A stretch of 64,000 nt of DNA from Eledone cirrhosa. Its lineage: Eukaryota. The notes beneath the pieces were generated by a model. It saw nothing but the letters and a program-made list of their open reading frames with translations, did not search any database and had not been told where the DNA came from. The position numbers were made by a program, and so were the translations under genes. Shown in pieces: positions 1-12,533 of the stretch (the stretch's first letter is position 1; each line of letters opens with the position of its first letter). The stretch lies in NCBI GenBank assembly GCA_964016885.1, contig OZ024740.1, forward strand, positions 122,202,001 to 122,266,000, written 5' to 3'.

Positions 1-162
1 ACTTTAAAATTTTACTTTTTATTTAACTTTATTTTACATTACTCCGGAGTAACCAAACCAACGTGCGCACTTCGTCGAGTGCTCCAGCCTGCATACTGAG
101 GTGTTGGTATACAACCAACATATATAAAAATCTCTCTCTCTATCTCTCCCTCTCTCTCTCTC

Positions 163-338
<176 letters not shown>

Positions 339-349
339 CTTATATATAT

Positions 350-386
<37 letters not shown>

Positions 387-462
387 TTATAAGAATCAAA
401 GAACTGTCCAAAACATTTTTATGTTTACCGTCGTGTTGTTGTCTGGCATGTTCAGACATATA

Positions 463-553
<91 letters not shown>

Positions 554-565
554 ATATATATACTA

Positions 566-770
566 GAAAGTGAATTTTTTTTTACAAAATGAAAAATAAC
601 GGAGGTGTACTACACGAGTGAAAGTATAAAGAAAAAAAGATGAAATCGAAAATGCAACTGGAGTCTTATTTTAAAAAAAATATATATATATTTATTTGGT
701 TCCTTTACCGATTTCGCAGTTCTTCTGCTTTTCAAAAGTAGAGTTGAGATGGAGGGTGTCTGGTTTTTCT
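566..770 (-). mobile_element. ~200-bp non-coding hammerhead-bearing mini-element (family F1), copy 1
   Basis: Near-identical to 33801-34010, 34011-34159, 34290-34435 and 53933-54139; bounded by (TA)n; minus-strand hammerhead-like motif at 701-740 (TTGAAAA GCAG aagaa CTGC GAAA tcg GTA). Confidence 0.7.
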
Positions 771-849
771 AAAATATATATATATATATAAACTCGCGCG
801 CACACACACACGTAGACATACACGCACACTCACACACACACACACACAT

Positions 850-884
<35 letters not shown>

Positions 885-2525
885 ATTGAAAAAGTGGAGA
901 ATAACATGGTGAACATTACAAAAAAGGGGATTTATTTGCACTCTAACAATTGTTTCACTGATAAAGTTGTATAAAAATTGCTGAACACTAACAACAGTGA
1001 CACTCAATTTTAAATACGATGTTAGCTCGAAACTGTTAAAAAAATATATGTAACCGGCAAATTTACAAATTCAAATGACATCATCAATAATAATTGTTTC
1101 TACTTTAGCCACAAGGCCAGCAATTAACCAGTTCATTACTGGTATTTTATTTTATCGACCCCGTAAGGATGAAAGGCAAAGTCAACCTCGGCGGGATTTG
1201 AACTCAGATCGTAAAGGGACGTAACTATGCTGGAAAGCATGGCGTCCGACCTTCTACCGATACTGCCAATCCACCGCCCTATCAATAATAATATTAATAA
1301 TAAAGATATAGAAAGAAAATGAGGAAGAAAAGGAGATAGATAGAGTAAAGAGAGAAAGGAAAGGAAGGAGAAGGAAGAAGGAAAATGTAAAAAAAGAGAA
1401 AAAGAAGAAACATTAGAAATGATTATAGATAAAAATATAAATACGATGATGCTAGACAGAAGAGAGACAAACATAAGTAGAAATAACGTAGGATAGAAAG
1501 AAGAATAGAGGGACATATAAATGAATAAACGTTAACAGATGAATAATGCGAATAAATATGAAAATATATATATAAAAATATATAAAAAATATATAAAAAA
1601 TATATAAAAAATATATAAAAAATATATAAAAAATATATAAAAAATATATAAAAAATTTATAAATAAATAAATGAATAAATAAGTTATATCTAATGTGATA
1701 TAAAATGGTATAAAATGTGAAAAATAAAGAATAAAAATAAATACGTAAAAGAAGTAAAAATGTGCGAGGAATATTTAAACATATTAAAATTATTAAGAAT
1801 GGTTTTTGAGAATTGTTAAAATATATGGAGAGATATTAAGGTGAAAATGTGATAATGTTAAATATATATGTGCGTATTGGTTATTTTAATAAATAAATTA
1901 AATAATTAGTTTTAAGTTCTATTATATGATAAAATAAAATGACAGAGATGAAATAAATTTAGGGAGAGAAATATAAAGATAGAGAGTGAACGATAGAGAT
2001 ATATAAAGTAAGAATGTAAATATAAGAGGTTTTGATGTTGTTCTTTGATAGATGATGACAATTATATCTATTTTTATTTTTATTTACATTTATTCATATA
2101 TTAACGTTTAATATCCTACGTTATTTCTACTTATGTTTGTCTCTCTTCTGTCTACCATCATCGTCTTTATATTTTTATCTATAATCATTTCTCTTTTTTC
2201 TTCTTTTTCTGTTTTTTTACTTTTTCCTTCTTCTTCTTTCTCCTTCCTTTCTTTCTTTACTGTATCTATCTCCCTTTCTTACTCATTTTATCTCTATATC
2301 TTTATTATTAATATTATAATTGATGATGTCATTTGAATTTGTAAATTTGCCGGTTACATATATTTTTTTTAACAGTTTCGAGCTAACATCGTATTTTAAA
2401 TTGAGTGGCACTGTTTTTAGTGTTCAGCAATTTTTAGACAACTTTATCAGTGAAACAATTGTTAGACTGCAAATAAATCCACTTTTTTGTACTGTTGACC
2501 ATGTTATTCTCCACCTTTTCAATGT
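885..2525. repeat. Large imperfect inverted repeat (arms ~885-1560 and ~2070-2525) around an AT-rich spacer
   Basis: 885-1094 is the reverse complement of ~2315-2525, and ~1281-1560 of ~2070-2320; the left arm carries an extra SINE. Confidence 0.8.
1095..1280 (-). mobile_element. tRNA-derived SINE (cephalopod-type) with 12-bp TSD
   Basis: Minus-strand B-box GAGTTCAAATCC at ~1193-1204; direct repeat ATCAATAATAAT at 1083-1094 and 1281-1292; absent from the matching inverted-repeat arm (~2305-2325). Confidence 0.8.
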
Positions 2526-2701
2526 TATTACTCCAAGATAAAATTACATAGGAATACAAGTGAATTCATAAGGTCGTCATCTACGTTTTGTTGAGTCAAG
2601 CAACTCCGTATGCTAAAAAATCCATAATTAGATGATTTCACAACCTCTAATTGGATTACCTATAACGATATTTTGTTATCCTTTATATATATATATATAT
2701 A

Positions 2702-2880
2702 TAAATGTAATCTCAGTTTTTCGAATATTAATAATAATATTCGATTCGTTTGCAATAATGAAAACACGAGCAAGAACGAGGGGCCTATTCTACTGACATG
2801 AGTTAAACAAATAGAGTGTTTGCATCATTGCAAACGAACCAAATATTATTTTCAATATTCGAAAAACTCAGATTTATATC
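2702..2880. repeat. MITE-like short inverted repeat next to (TA)n
   Basis: aatctcagtttttcgaatatt...tgcaataatgaaaacac pairs with gtgttttgcatcattgca...aatattcgaaaaactcagattt; a degenerate direct copy lies at ~3250-3315. Confidence 0.55.
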
Positions 2881-3324
2881 TATTGTATTCAGCCATGTAG
2901 AGATAAGAATGTTTTAGGTATTTGAATATTCCAAAGCCAGCCATCAATCGATCGTATACATGAAATTAACTGGCCTATCTGCTTATATGCAAATCTGGCT
3001 CACCAGTGGATCTGCTAACATAACAATTTGACTGACCAGCCAGTCTGCTAATATGGAAATGAAGCCGATTTGTCACTGTATATTTCAGAAAATAGCATAT
3101 ATTTTAGTTAGATCTTTCAGTTGTCAGGTGAGCAATAAACTGCATTGATGAAGTGTAATCCCCCAGAAATATTAGTGTGTGCAGTTATGTTTACATGCCA
3201 ACAAATACTCATTCTACTGGCATGGCATAAAAAAGAGGATGTTTGCATAACTGCAAAAGAATCGAATATTAAAAAAACTCAGATTACATTCGTTGTATTC
3301 AACCATGTAGAGCCAAAACTATTT

Positions 3325-3395
<71 letters not shown>

Positions 3396-3399
3396 GGGA

Positions 3400-3545
3400 A
3401 GCGAAAGTCGTTTTAATCGTCCCCAATGTCATAAGAATACTTCATTTTATCGACCCCGTAGGGTCAAAAGCAAAGCTAACCCCGCTGGGATTTGAAATCA
3501 GAAAGTAAAGGGTCATAACCATACGCCACAATGCATGTTGCCTAT
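3400..3545 (-). mobile_element. tRNA-derived SINE, degenerate
   Basis: ttttatcgaccccgtagggtcaaaagcaaag...gggatttgaaatcaga is homologous to 1150-1210. Confidence 0.65.
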
Positions 3546-3872
3546 ATATATAAGCATGCTCAATGGCTACTGATATGCCTGTGACATGATCAAAGGGCAA
3601 AAGAGAAAAATGCTTTTCATGCCATCGGGGCCCTGTCCATTTCCTATATATATATATATATATACAAATGAAAGTACAGCATATTCGAAGTTCGAGCAGC
3701 AGCTAAGCCAACGAATGCCTTCAGCAGTGCAGCCAAGCAAGACCTCAGAGTAATAACACACACTTTAAAGGGCTTTGCAAATTGAAGATAGCGACCGCTA
3801 ATTCAGCTGCGTGATCCGTAGCAACGAAAGAACTGACTAGTGAGAAAGAAAATACATACACATAGATACATA

Positions 3873-3971
<99 letters not shown>

Positions 3972-4380
3972 GAAAAGTATAGAAATTATTGTAGCAAGAA
4001 GAGAACAGTATTCCTTAATATATAAGTGACTATAGCGTCAAAACGGAAAGATAGTTAACGTAAGATGTGGGAAAATAATTCAAACTGAATTCAAAAAGAA
4101 TCAGGATATAGATTAATCCACAGGATTTGGTGAAATCCACAGAAAAATCAATAGAGCCTTAACTCGGAATAAAATAAAGGTTAAAATACCCATCCTTCAA
4201 TTTGGAAAAACTATAAACGCTGTGTATAGTCTTAAATACTATTTCACGAAATTTTAGTGGGGATGGTCACGGTTGGAATCGATCATCAGCTGAGATCAAG
4301 GTCACGATAACCGAACGGCCACTGTTTATAATATGCCAAAAAGGGAATTTAAAAGCAGGCTAGTTCAACATCATGCGTAA

Positions 4381-4447
<67 letters not shown>

Positions 4448-4460
4448 TACCTGTATATAT

Positions 4461-4494
<34 letters not shown>

Positions 4495-4520
4495 AAGTGG
4501 TCAAGACTCCGACGGGGTAT

Positions 4521-4586
<66 letters not shown>

Positions 4587-5740
4587 GTGTGTGTGTGTGT
4601 CGCGGGGGGTGGGGGGTGAAGAGGAATAAACAATTTGACTAGCAGTAAATAACATTTCTAGTACTTTTGCTGACGTCGGACTTTCTTAGGTTGTATTTGG
4701 GCGTGCTTTTGTCATGTAAACGTTATTGCTAATTACCATTTATATTTTCATAGATTTCTTTTGTCATAAACATTGTATATTAGTATAATATCAGGAAGCT
4801 GTAGGCAGTACGAAGATTATTTATCATTCTGTGTTTGAAGGGTTAGGAAATGATCAGCAGTTTTCATATGTTAAAGAGTGATTTAGCGGTGTTTATTCAA
4901 AAGTAAAATATTTATAAATGTTGATTTTGAAAGATTAATTTGGGATAATGTACTTCCGTTCTCGTGGTAGGTTTATGTTGCTGTTTATGCACATGTCTTA
5001 TATAAAATATATCTATTTGTGTTAATTATGAGAATTATATTTCATTAAATCCTACAGACATTACATAGACACAGTGAAATCTAACATTTCGAAAATAATT
5101 ATATTTCTAACAACGTATAATTTATAAGTTCTTTACATATCAAATGCTACATACTTTGCCATTTTATAAATGTTATAGTAATCAAAGATGATTTCGATTA
5201 GTATATTAAATATAAATTGTCATAATATATGTGTCAAATTAATTATAGACACATAAAGATTATAGACACATATAGATTAATGGAAATATTGTTATCATGT
5301 GTGTAGTCTATGTAACATAATTGCTGGTGGATAACAATTTGTTAGTTTTAGAAAAACAAAGAGGTTACAGCAATTAACATTAATTTAATGTATTTGAATG
5401 ACGTCCGCATTTGTAAAATTGACATAAAATGCATGACAAAATGGCAGTTTTGCTTTAAATTATGTTAACTCTAGATATTAGTGTGTCCAATACTGAAGAA
5501 TTCCAGTCAAATTATCATTTAGATCATTAATCATCACCAAGCTATCAAAGATGGCTATTTCTCATGCGGTCAGGTAAATGTAATATCACAAACATTTATA
5601 ATCATGCATAGAGCATTGAATAAAATCTCTTGAGTGAATTAATTTTGGTTCTTGGATTTCAGAAACCTCTTAACAAATTTCTATTATATGGAAAAATTCG
5701 GTTTATTAACGAGTTTCTGAAAACACAGAACAAAATCTAC

Positions 5741-5741
<1 letters not shown>

Positions 5742-5771
<30 letters not shown>

Positions 5772-5817
5772 CTTCTTCTTCTTCTTCTTCTTCTTCTTCT
5801 TCTTCTTCTTCTTCTTC
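5742..5817. repeat. (CTT)n microsatellite
   Basis: Direct reading. Confidence 0.95.
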
Positions 5818-6551
5818 CCCAAGCAAGATCAATCAAGATCATGGATGTTATCCATCCATTTTACCCGGGGCCTATCCCTGAGTCTCCTGCCAGTTGATTT
5901 TGCCCATAAAATCTGTCCAGCGATGTTTTCCTGAGACGTTCTAATCACATGTCCATAATATCGGAGATGTGATCTCTCAATTCAGAGAAGTAGCGGTTCT
6001 ACGTGGAGTGACTCCCTCCTCTAAGAGCTAAGCATTCTGTCGAGTAACGTTATTAGAATTATCACATTGTTTCCTTGACAAAATATTATTTCATAATCTA
6101 AGAATTATCTTCTAGAATGTTCGCCGTTCTTCCATTCTTTTAATATGTGTTATTACTTTATTATTTGATTAAACACAGAGAAAAAGATGTAGCATTGGAA
6201 AGGACTATACATTTCATAAATGAGAGGAAGAAGGTGGGAGAGCAAAGAGTACTATGTTAAAATACAGAAAAAGTAAGCTGCAAGGACTACAAGAAAAAGA
6301 AAGAAAGGAAGCGAGGTTAGGGTGACAGACTCTACACATAGGTCAGAGCAGTGTTTCAGCTGCGCCCCGTAGACAATATCACAAATGCATTTCCACAGAC
6401 TACAGCCAGCATCACACACTGCAACAGCCACACAGCTCCTAGAGCTACTTCTTCAGACGGGAAGCTATCGACTGATTTTACGGAGGAGGTCATAACAACC
6501 AGAAACACCTCTGTAGTTCTTGCCTAATCAGTGCGAGTGGGTATGTGTCAC

Positions 6552-6604
6552 CACTACTGCTGATGCTGCTACTACTACTACTACTGCTACTGGCACTACT
6601 AATG

Positions 6605-6696
<92 letters not shown>
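6552..6696. repeat. Compound (ACT)n/(AAT)n microsatellite abutting the 3' end of Tx1 copy A
   Basis: Direct reading. Confidence 0.95.
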
Positions 6697-6698
<2 letters not shown>

Positions 6699-6909
6699 TT
6701 TCTTTATTAACCACAAGGGTTTACATAAAGTAGACATTAAGGACAGTACAGGACAATACAGGACGGTACAAATGGGCATTTCTGCGTGTAAAAAACAAAA
6801 ACAGAGGATGTAACTAAAATATAAATGAAACATTCCCCAATAGTGGGGAGACTTCCGAGGGACATTGACCACCAGGGCAAGTGCCCTCTCCCAGTTTTCC
6901 ACCTTTAAT

Positions 6910-9900
6910 TTACATACACATACTCAGAGTAGGCCCATTCAGTCGAGCCATTCTTGCTTCTCTCACCCATCTTTCAACAAAATGCTGGGAAGAGAGCACT
7001 TCCCTCTCTACTCTGATTTTCCTTTTCAAATGAAATTTGAAAAAGTTAATCAGGGCATAACCGAAGAGGAAAGTGTTCGTCTTCAGCCCTTTCAAACGTG
7101 TCCACCATGCTATCTCTTTCGCCATGGCCACCAGACAGATAAAAACTGCCTGCCCTTCCCAGCTAAAGGAAGAGGGCGGGGCAATCCTCACGATGGACTC
7201 AGCTGATAGCCGGATCTGTCCTACACTCGAGAGCAGGGGTTCGACATAAACCCACAAGTCAACGATGCTCGGACACTGGTTACGTCGCCCTGCGTGCATC
7301 TCGGACATGCCCGGCTGACGGCACCACCATGCCTGTAGAGTTTATCCCGAACTGGCAAAGCTCCTCGGTAGCACTGCCAGGCCAGAGATTTCTGGAAGTT
7401 GTCCATAGAGGACGGCCCGAAAGTTCTTCCGTAGAGGTTGGCTATTTGATTTTCGTCGACGCCTAGTTTCCCCTAGTACGTCGTCGCTCTTCCCCTCCAC
7501 TAACACTCTATAGAATATTGCCCGATTGGTCGAGGGCTGTGAACGCCTGAAGACATTCCAGTCTCCAAGCGCTCCCTCTTGGTCTTTGCTTGACCCAGGA
7601 CTGCAGCTCCGTCAAGCAGACGAGCTGGGGAAAGACACATCTAGCAAACGGCGACCACACCTGATCACCCTCGAGGAAGAGGTGCAGATGCCGTAGCCTG
7701 AGCGCGTGTCTGCGCATCATCAGCCCTCGGCATGCCCAGCCCTCCACATAGCGGGTGTTGACAGCAGATGGACCACCTGACCATCGGAGCGCGTCCCTTC
7801 CACAAAAAGCGAAAGAGCAAACGCTCCAGCGCAATCAGGCGGGGCTTAGGTCAAGGCACGACGGTCAGGCGGTAGTAGATGACGGACGCGATGTACGCGT
7901 CAGCGACCTCGGCTCGACGATTCAGGGATAGCTTCCTCTCGGCTCATTTCTGGGTGAGAGAAGCCACCCTGCTCGTCACCTCGTCCCAGTTTTTGGACGT
8001 CTGGAGGTCCGGACCGAACCAGACCCCTAGCAATTCAACCGGTCCGTCCGCCCAGCGCCCGACGACGCTGTTGGACGGCATCGACCTGCCTCTCCAGGTG
8101 CCGAGCTGCAGGCCCACTGACTTTTCCTGGTTGATCATTGCTCCTGTCACCGCTTCGTATTCTCTAAGTGTAGTGCCGATCGCCTCGATGTGTTTGGCGT
8201 TCAACTCCACTACAGTGACATCGTCCGCATATGCTTACATGGATCTTCCACATCCTAGTTCGTGCGGGACACCCCTGAACGTCGCCATTTTGTGCAGTAA
8301 TGGCTCGAGATTCAATAAGCACAAGAGTTACGAGATGGGATATCCTTGGCGGACCGAGCACATGATGTTGAACGGTTCCGAAAGGTGACCGTTCACTCTC
8401 ACCACAGAGCATATGTCGCTGTGCATGGCAGCGATCCAGCCTCTGAAAACGAGCCCAAAGCCAGCCACCTTCAGGACTGCCGCTAAGTAACGATGGTCGA
8501 CCCTATCGAAAGCTTTCGATTGATATAAATTGATCAAGGACCCACCCGTTCCAGGTTCTCTAGCTACACTCTCTACGATGTATCGCATGAGGTGAAGGTT
8601 GTCGTGGATGGATCTGTCGGGAATGGCGCGTGTCTGCGACTCTCCCACCAGACCACCAACCACAAGCGCCAACCTCTTTGCTAGCACATTGGCCAAAATC
8701 TTGAACTCTGCGTTTAGCCTGAAATTATCTATGTTATCCCCCTTGTTCGGATCCTTTCTCAGTAGCGCCACCGCTCCTCGGCTCACAGAGCTGGGAATTC
8801 TCCCGTTCTGTTGCCAGTTGCAGTAGACGTCCCCCAAGAGGCCTCCGGACAAGTCTTGTATCTGTACGTAAAGTTCATAGGGCAGACCATCCAAACCAGG
8901 CGAATTACCCCTTCTGCAGCCAGTCATTGCCTCCCGTACTTCAGCGGGTGTTATCGGCTTTTCGATACACTCCGCCTCAGTGGCCGAGAGCCGCAGCAGT
9001 CCGTCGAGGAAGACACTAAATTCCTATCCTTCGATCCGGCGCGCCGCTGCCCAAGAACAGCTGACCGAAGAGTCGCTGAAAAGCTTCACACATTTGCCCG
9101 GGATCGAGTAGCATGCGCCCGTCGTTGTCCACCAAAGACCAGATCATGGCTTTGTTGCCTCAACGCGCCTCCGCCACTCGGGCTCATTGAACGGCTTCTC
9201 TCCCCTCGTGTCAATGAGCACGCACCCTAGCTCTGACAACGCAGCCTTCGTGCTTTGCATTGAAGAATTGGTCAAGGGCCAATTTCGCCGCAAGTACGTC
9301 GGTCGCGATGCCTTTGCTAAGCGCCTCGTCTAATGTTCTAACTAGTTCTCCCTCTGCTCTATTTTTCTCTATAGCTAAAGCCTTACTAAACCTAATGGAC
9401 TCTATTCCAATCGCTCTTTTCAGAGCAAACCACCACTTGTCGTGACTATGACCCCCGTCAACACTCGCTTAACTAGTTCGCTAATCCCGTCCATGTAGGA
9501 CTTGCACGCTGCTAAGGACGTGTTTAGCTTCCAGTAGCCGGGTGGTCGTCTATGAAGCCTATCTAAGTCAAGCACACAGATCACGAATTTGTTCTCCGTC
9601 TAGCTGACTATCTTGAATTGGGGACAGCCTATGCTAGACCTATCTATTTCCCAACAAAATACTCTATCTAGATATGATCTGGATGACCCGATGCAGTTTG
9701 TTCAAGTCCACATTGGCACATTCGGGAAATCCAATCGGTACCTGTCAGACAGTTCAAAACGCCTGAGCAGGTTGGTGAGACTATTGCACCCTCCACCTCT
9801 ATCCGCTAATCCCACACAGTCCTAGCGTGCATCTAAGATCCCGTTCCAGTCGCCCACTAACACTAAAGAGCGGGACGTTCCAAGAAATGTCTCCAGACGC

Positions 9901-10268
9901 CGGAAGAAATCAGGCATCCCTGCTCCTGTCGAGGCATAGACGGCCACTAGTCAGAAAGCTTGCCCGTCTCTGCTGGTCACGTCCAGCACCCTAACTTACC
10001 TTCTGGGACCAGGAAGATGGCCCGTATGGCGAAATCAAACCACTCCGAAAAGCACAGCAACTCCGCCCCCCGATTCCGGACGGCTGGAAGATGCGTACAC
10101 ATCGTAGCCGCCGAAGATCGGTGCGAAGGCCCGTGCTTCGGAGATTCTGGTCTCGCTGATGGCCACTACATCTATGTTTAGTGACCTGAGGTCGTTGAGC
10201 AGGTGGCCCTGCTTACATGACGACCCCAAGCCCCGCGCATTTATGCTGCCTATTCTGAGTGAGGTCAT
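6910..10268 (-). pseudogene. Tx1 ORF2 (APE-RT-CCHC), frameshifted
   Basis: Fragments 10035-10268, 8328-8927, 7944-8210, 7221-7406 and 6910-7308 are collinear with copy D ORF2. Confidence 0.9.
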
Positions 10269-10302
10269 GTTGAAATTGAGTTGAAAAGATGGGAAAGACC
10301 AC

Positions 10303-11850
10303 TTACCTTACTTCTCGTAGAGTAAGGACGGTTTCTCCATCCTTTTGACTGATTGTGGCCTCCTCCGGAAGAATGTCCTGAAGAGTGCTTGTCGGAAGTC
10401 TCCGATGTCTTTGGGGAATTTTTGTTTTAGTGTCATGTACGTTTTCTGTGTGGTGCGAGTGATTTGTATGTGTGGATGTGGTGTGGAATTTTGGGTTGTT
10501 GTGTTGTCTTTTTCTGTGATGCTGGTGTTGTGTTGGATGTAGTGTAATAATTGATTGTTGTTCAAATTTAATGCTGTGTAGTGTGTATCGTTTGGGTTGT
10601 TTTGTTTTGTTTGTGTTTGTTGTGTGTTTGTTTCTGTACCGCTTTTTGGTGACATTTGTCTCCAGTTGTGATAGGGGAAAATCCTCCACAGGCGTTAGTT
10701 TTGGTTTTGGCGTGGTGGATGGTGTAGGCGCTGGTGCTAGTTCTGGCGCGTTGGGTGGTGGTGGTGTTGGTTTTGCTACTGTTGCTGGGGTTGTTTCTGT
10801 TACATTTGCTTCTATTGTTGCTGCTACAGTTGTTGCTGCCATCTCTGCTGCTGGTGGTGTTGATGGTTGAGTCACTGGGTTGGGTAGGAGAGGTGGCCTC
10901 AACCTTTTAGCCTGAGGGCAGAAACCCTTAGGTGGGTTCCTTCACCACAAAAGACACACTTAGGCCTCCTGCCCTCGACAATTACGGTGAGGTGGCTGCC
11001 GTCAGTGAGGTCTATCACCTCTGGGATCTCCTCAATGCTTTTTTTGTCCGCTTGGATCAAGTGCTCCATCCCAGATCCGGACCAGTTCTCCTGCTTTTCT
11101 TTCGCTATTTCGATTATCTTGGTGTTGGCTTCGATGCCTGCGAGGACGGCAGCTATTAGCCAGGGAATTTCGAAGGCCGGTGGAAAGTGGATGACCCTGA
11201 TCTTTACGAGTCTCTGGCCACAATAGTTTGGGACGAGTGTGAAGTCGTCACTTCTTAATGGGGCCATGGAATGTTCTCTAGCCTCCTGTGGTGTTTCAAA
11301 GAACACGTCCACGGTTTCATACTGCAGCCCACGTCTGATGTGGGTTGTTTTTGCCCACACATGTCCAAAAGATTTTTGGATTTGGGACTCGGATGCTCGT
11401 TACACTCGGCGCGATTTTATATTAATTGTTCGATAAGACACGGTGCATAGGCGCCGATGTTCCATTTTATTAGGTGTGGGATGAGGATGACCCTGTACCC
11501 ATCTTTCTTTACCATTTTTTTGGCTTCTTCTAATTCCTCCTGAGTTACCTGAAATGCTTCGCACTGTTTTGCTACTCTGGCAAAACTCAGGGTGGTTTTC
11601 TAAATGTCATTGTTGCTGTTGTTGTTATCGTTATTTTTGTTACTATTAATTTTAGTTTCAGTTGTGTGGTGGTGGCGTCAGTGTGTTTAGGTGTGGAAGA
11701 GTTCATTTTGGTTGAATTCATTTCGATATCAAGAGTTAATTAATTTGTTTCTTTTGCATCTGTTGTCGCGGTGGTGGTGGTGGGGGTGTTGGTTGTTACG
11801 GTGGTGGTTGTAGTGGCGGCTTTAATACCTGCAGTCATTGGTAATGGCGG
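10303..11850 (-). pseudogene. Tx1 ORF1 (zinc knuckle, Pro/Thr-rich tail), disrupted; start approximate
   Basis: ORFs 10899-11360 (…EGRRPKCVFCGEGTHL) and 10303-10902 are homologous to copy D ORF1. Confidence 0.75.
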
Positions 11851-12215
11851 GAAATGAATGTCTGCCTGAGACAAATTTAAAATATTGCTACTGCTTATAT
11901 TTTTAGTGTTGGCAAACGTAGTAATATTTACATGGTGGTGTCGGTGTGAGGTGTTAGTTTGTGAGGAAGGCTCTCAGTTGCTTGGTGCAGAGGTGAGTTA
12001 GCAATGATTTTTTCAAATAATTTTTTTGATAATCATAAAAGTTTTAATTTTGGGCACAAGGCCCCAATCTTTTTGGGTGTCCTTATCAGATAACAATGTA
12101 TGTTCACTTATATACACTTAAGAATAACAATTTTCCATAAATGGCAATTTTAAATAACTGAAAATAACAAACTTTTGCGTAGCTCACGATGATACGATTT
12201 ACTACGTAGGTCGCC

Positions 12216-12248
<33 letters not shown>

Positions 12249-12533
12249 TATTATTATTATTATTTCATTTATTGGCCCGAAGGGCCGACATATAGGAGAC
12301 AATACAAAAGACTGGGACAGTGGGGTTTTACAGAAAAATCGAGTAAACAATATGAATAAACAAAGTAACAATAACAAAGTAACCGTAAAGTAACAATAAT
12401 ATTACAAGAAAAAAATTCCCCAATAGGGGGGATGACCACCTAGGATTCGCTCAGGTACCCCACCAGTCCTGAACTACCCTACGCTTCGAGTGCACCCTGG
12501 AAGGGAACCCCTCTCCTCTTCAAATTTACCTAC

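Larger units (their letters stand above)
6697..12215 (-). mobile_element. L1/Tx1-clade non-LTR retrotransposon, copy A (full length, degenerate)
   Basis: ORF fragments: ORF1 knuckle CVFCGEGTH, APE start MTSLRIGSINARGL, RT motifs SPGLDG/KAFDRVDH/VRQG; 3' AATAAA then (ATT)n; 5' end abuts (ATT)n. Confidence 0.92.

Noticed and set aside
55-92. Hammerhead-like minus-strand motif CTGGA-GCACT..AGTGC-GCAC-GTT
   Set aside because: Both core halves have deletions; cannot be supported without a family consensus
5523-5573. Possible 51-nt host exon (tttag|...cag|gtaaat)
   Set aside because: Weak polypyrimidine tract, no recognisable peptide, no partner exons seen
5820-6550. Possible RTE-type 3' remnants flanking microsatellites
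   Set aside because: Too decayed to show diagnostic motifs by eye
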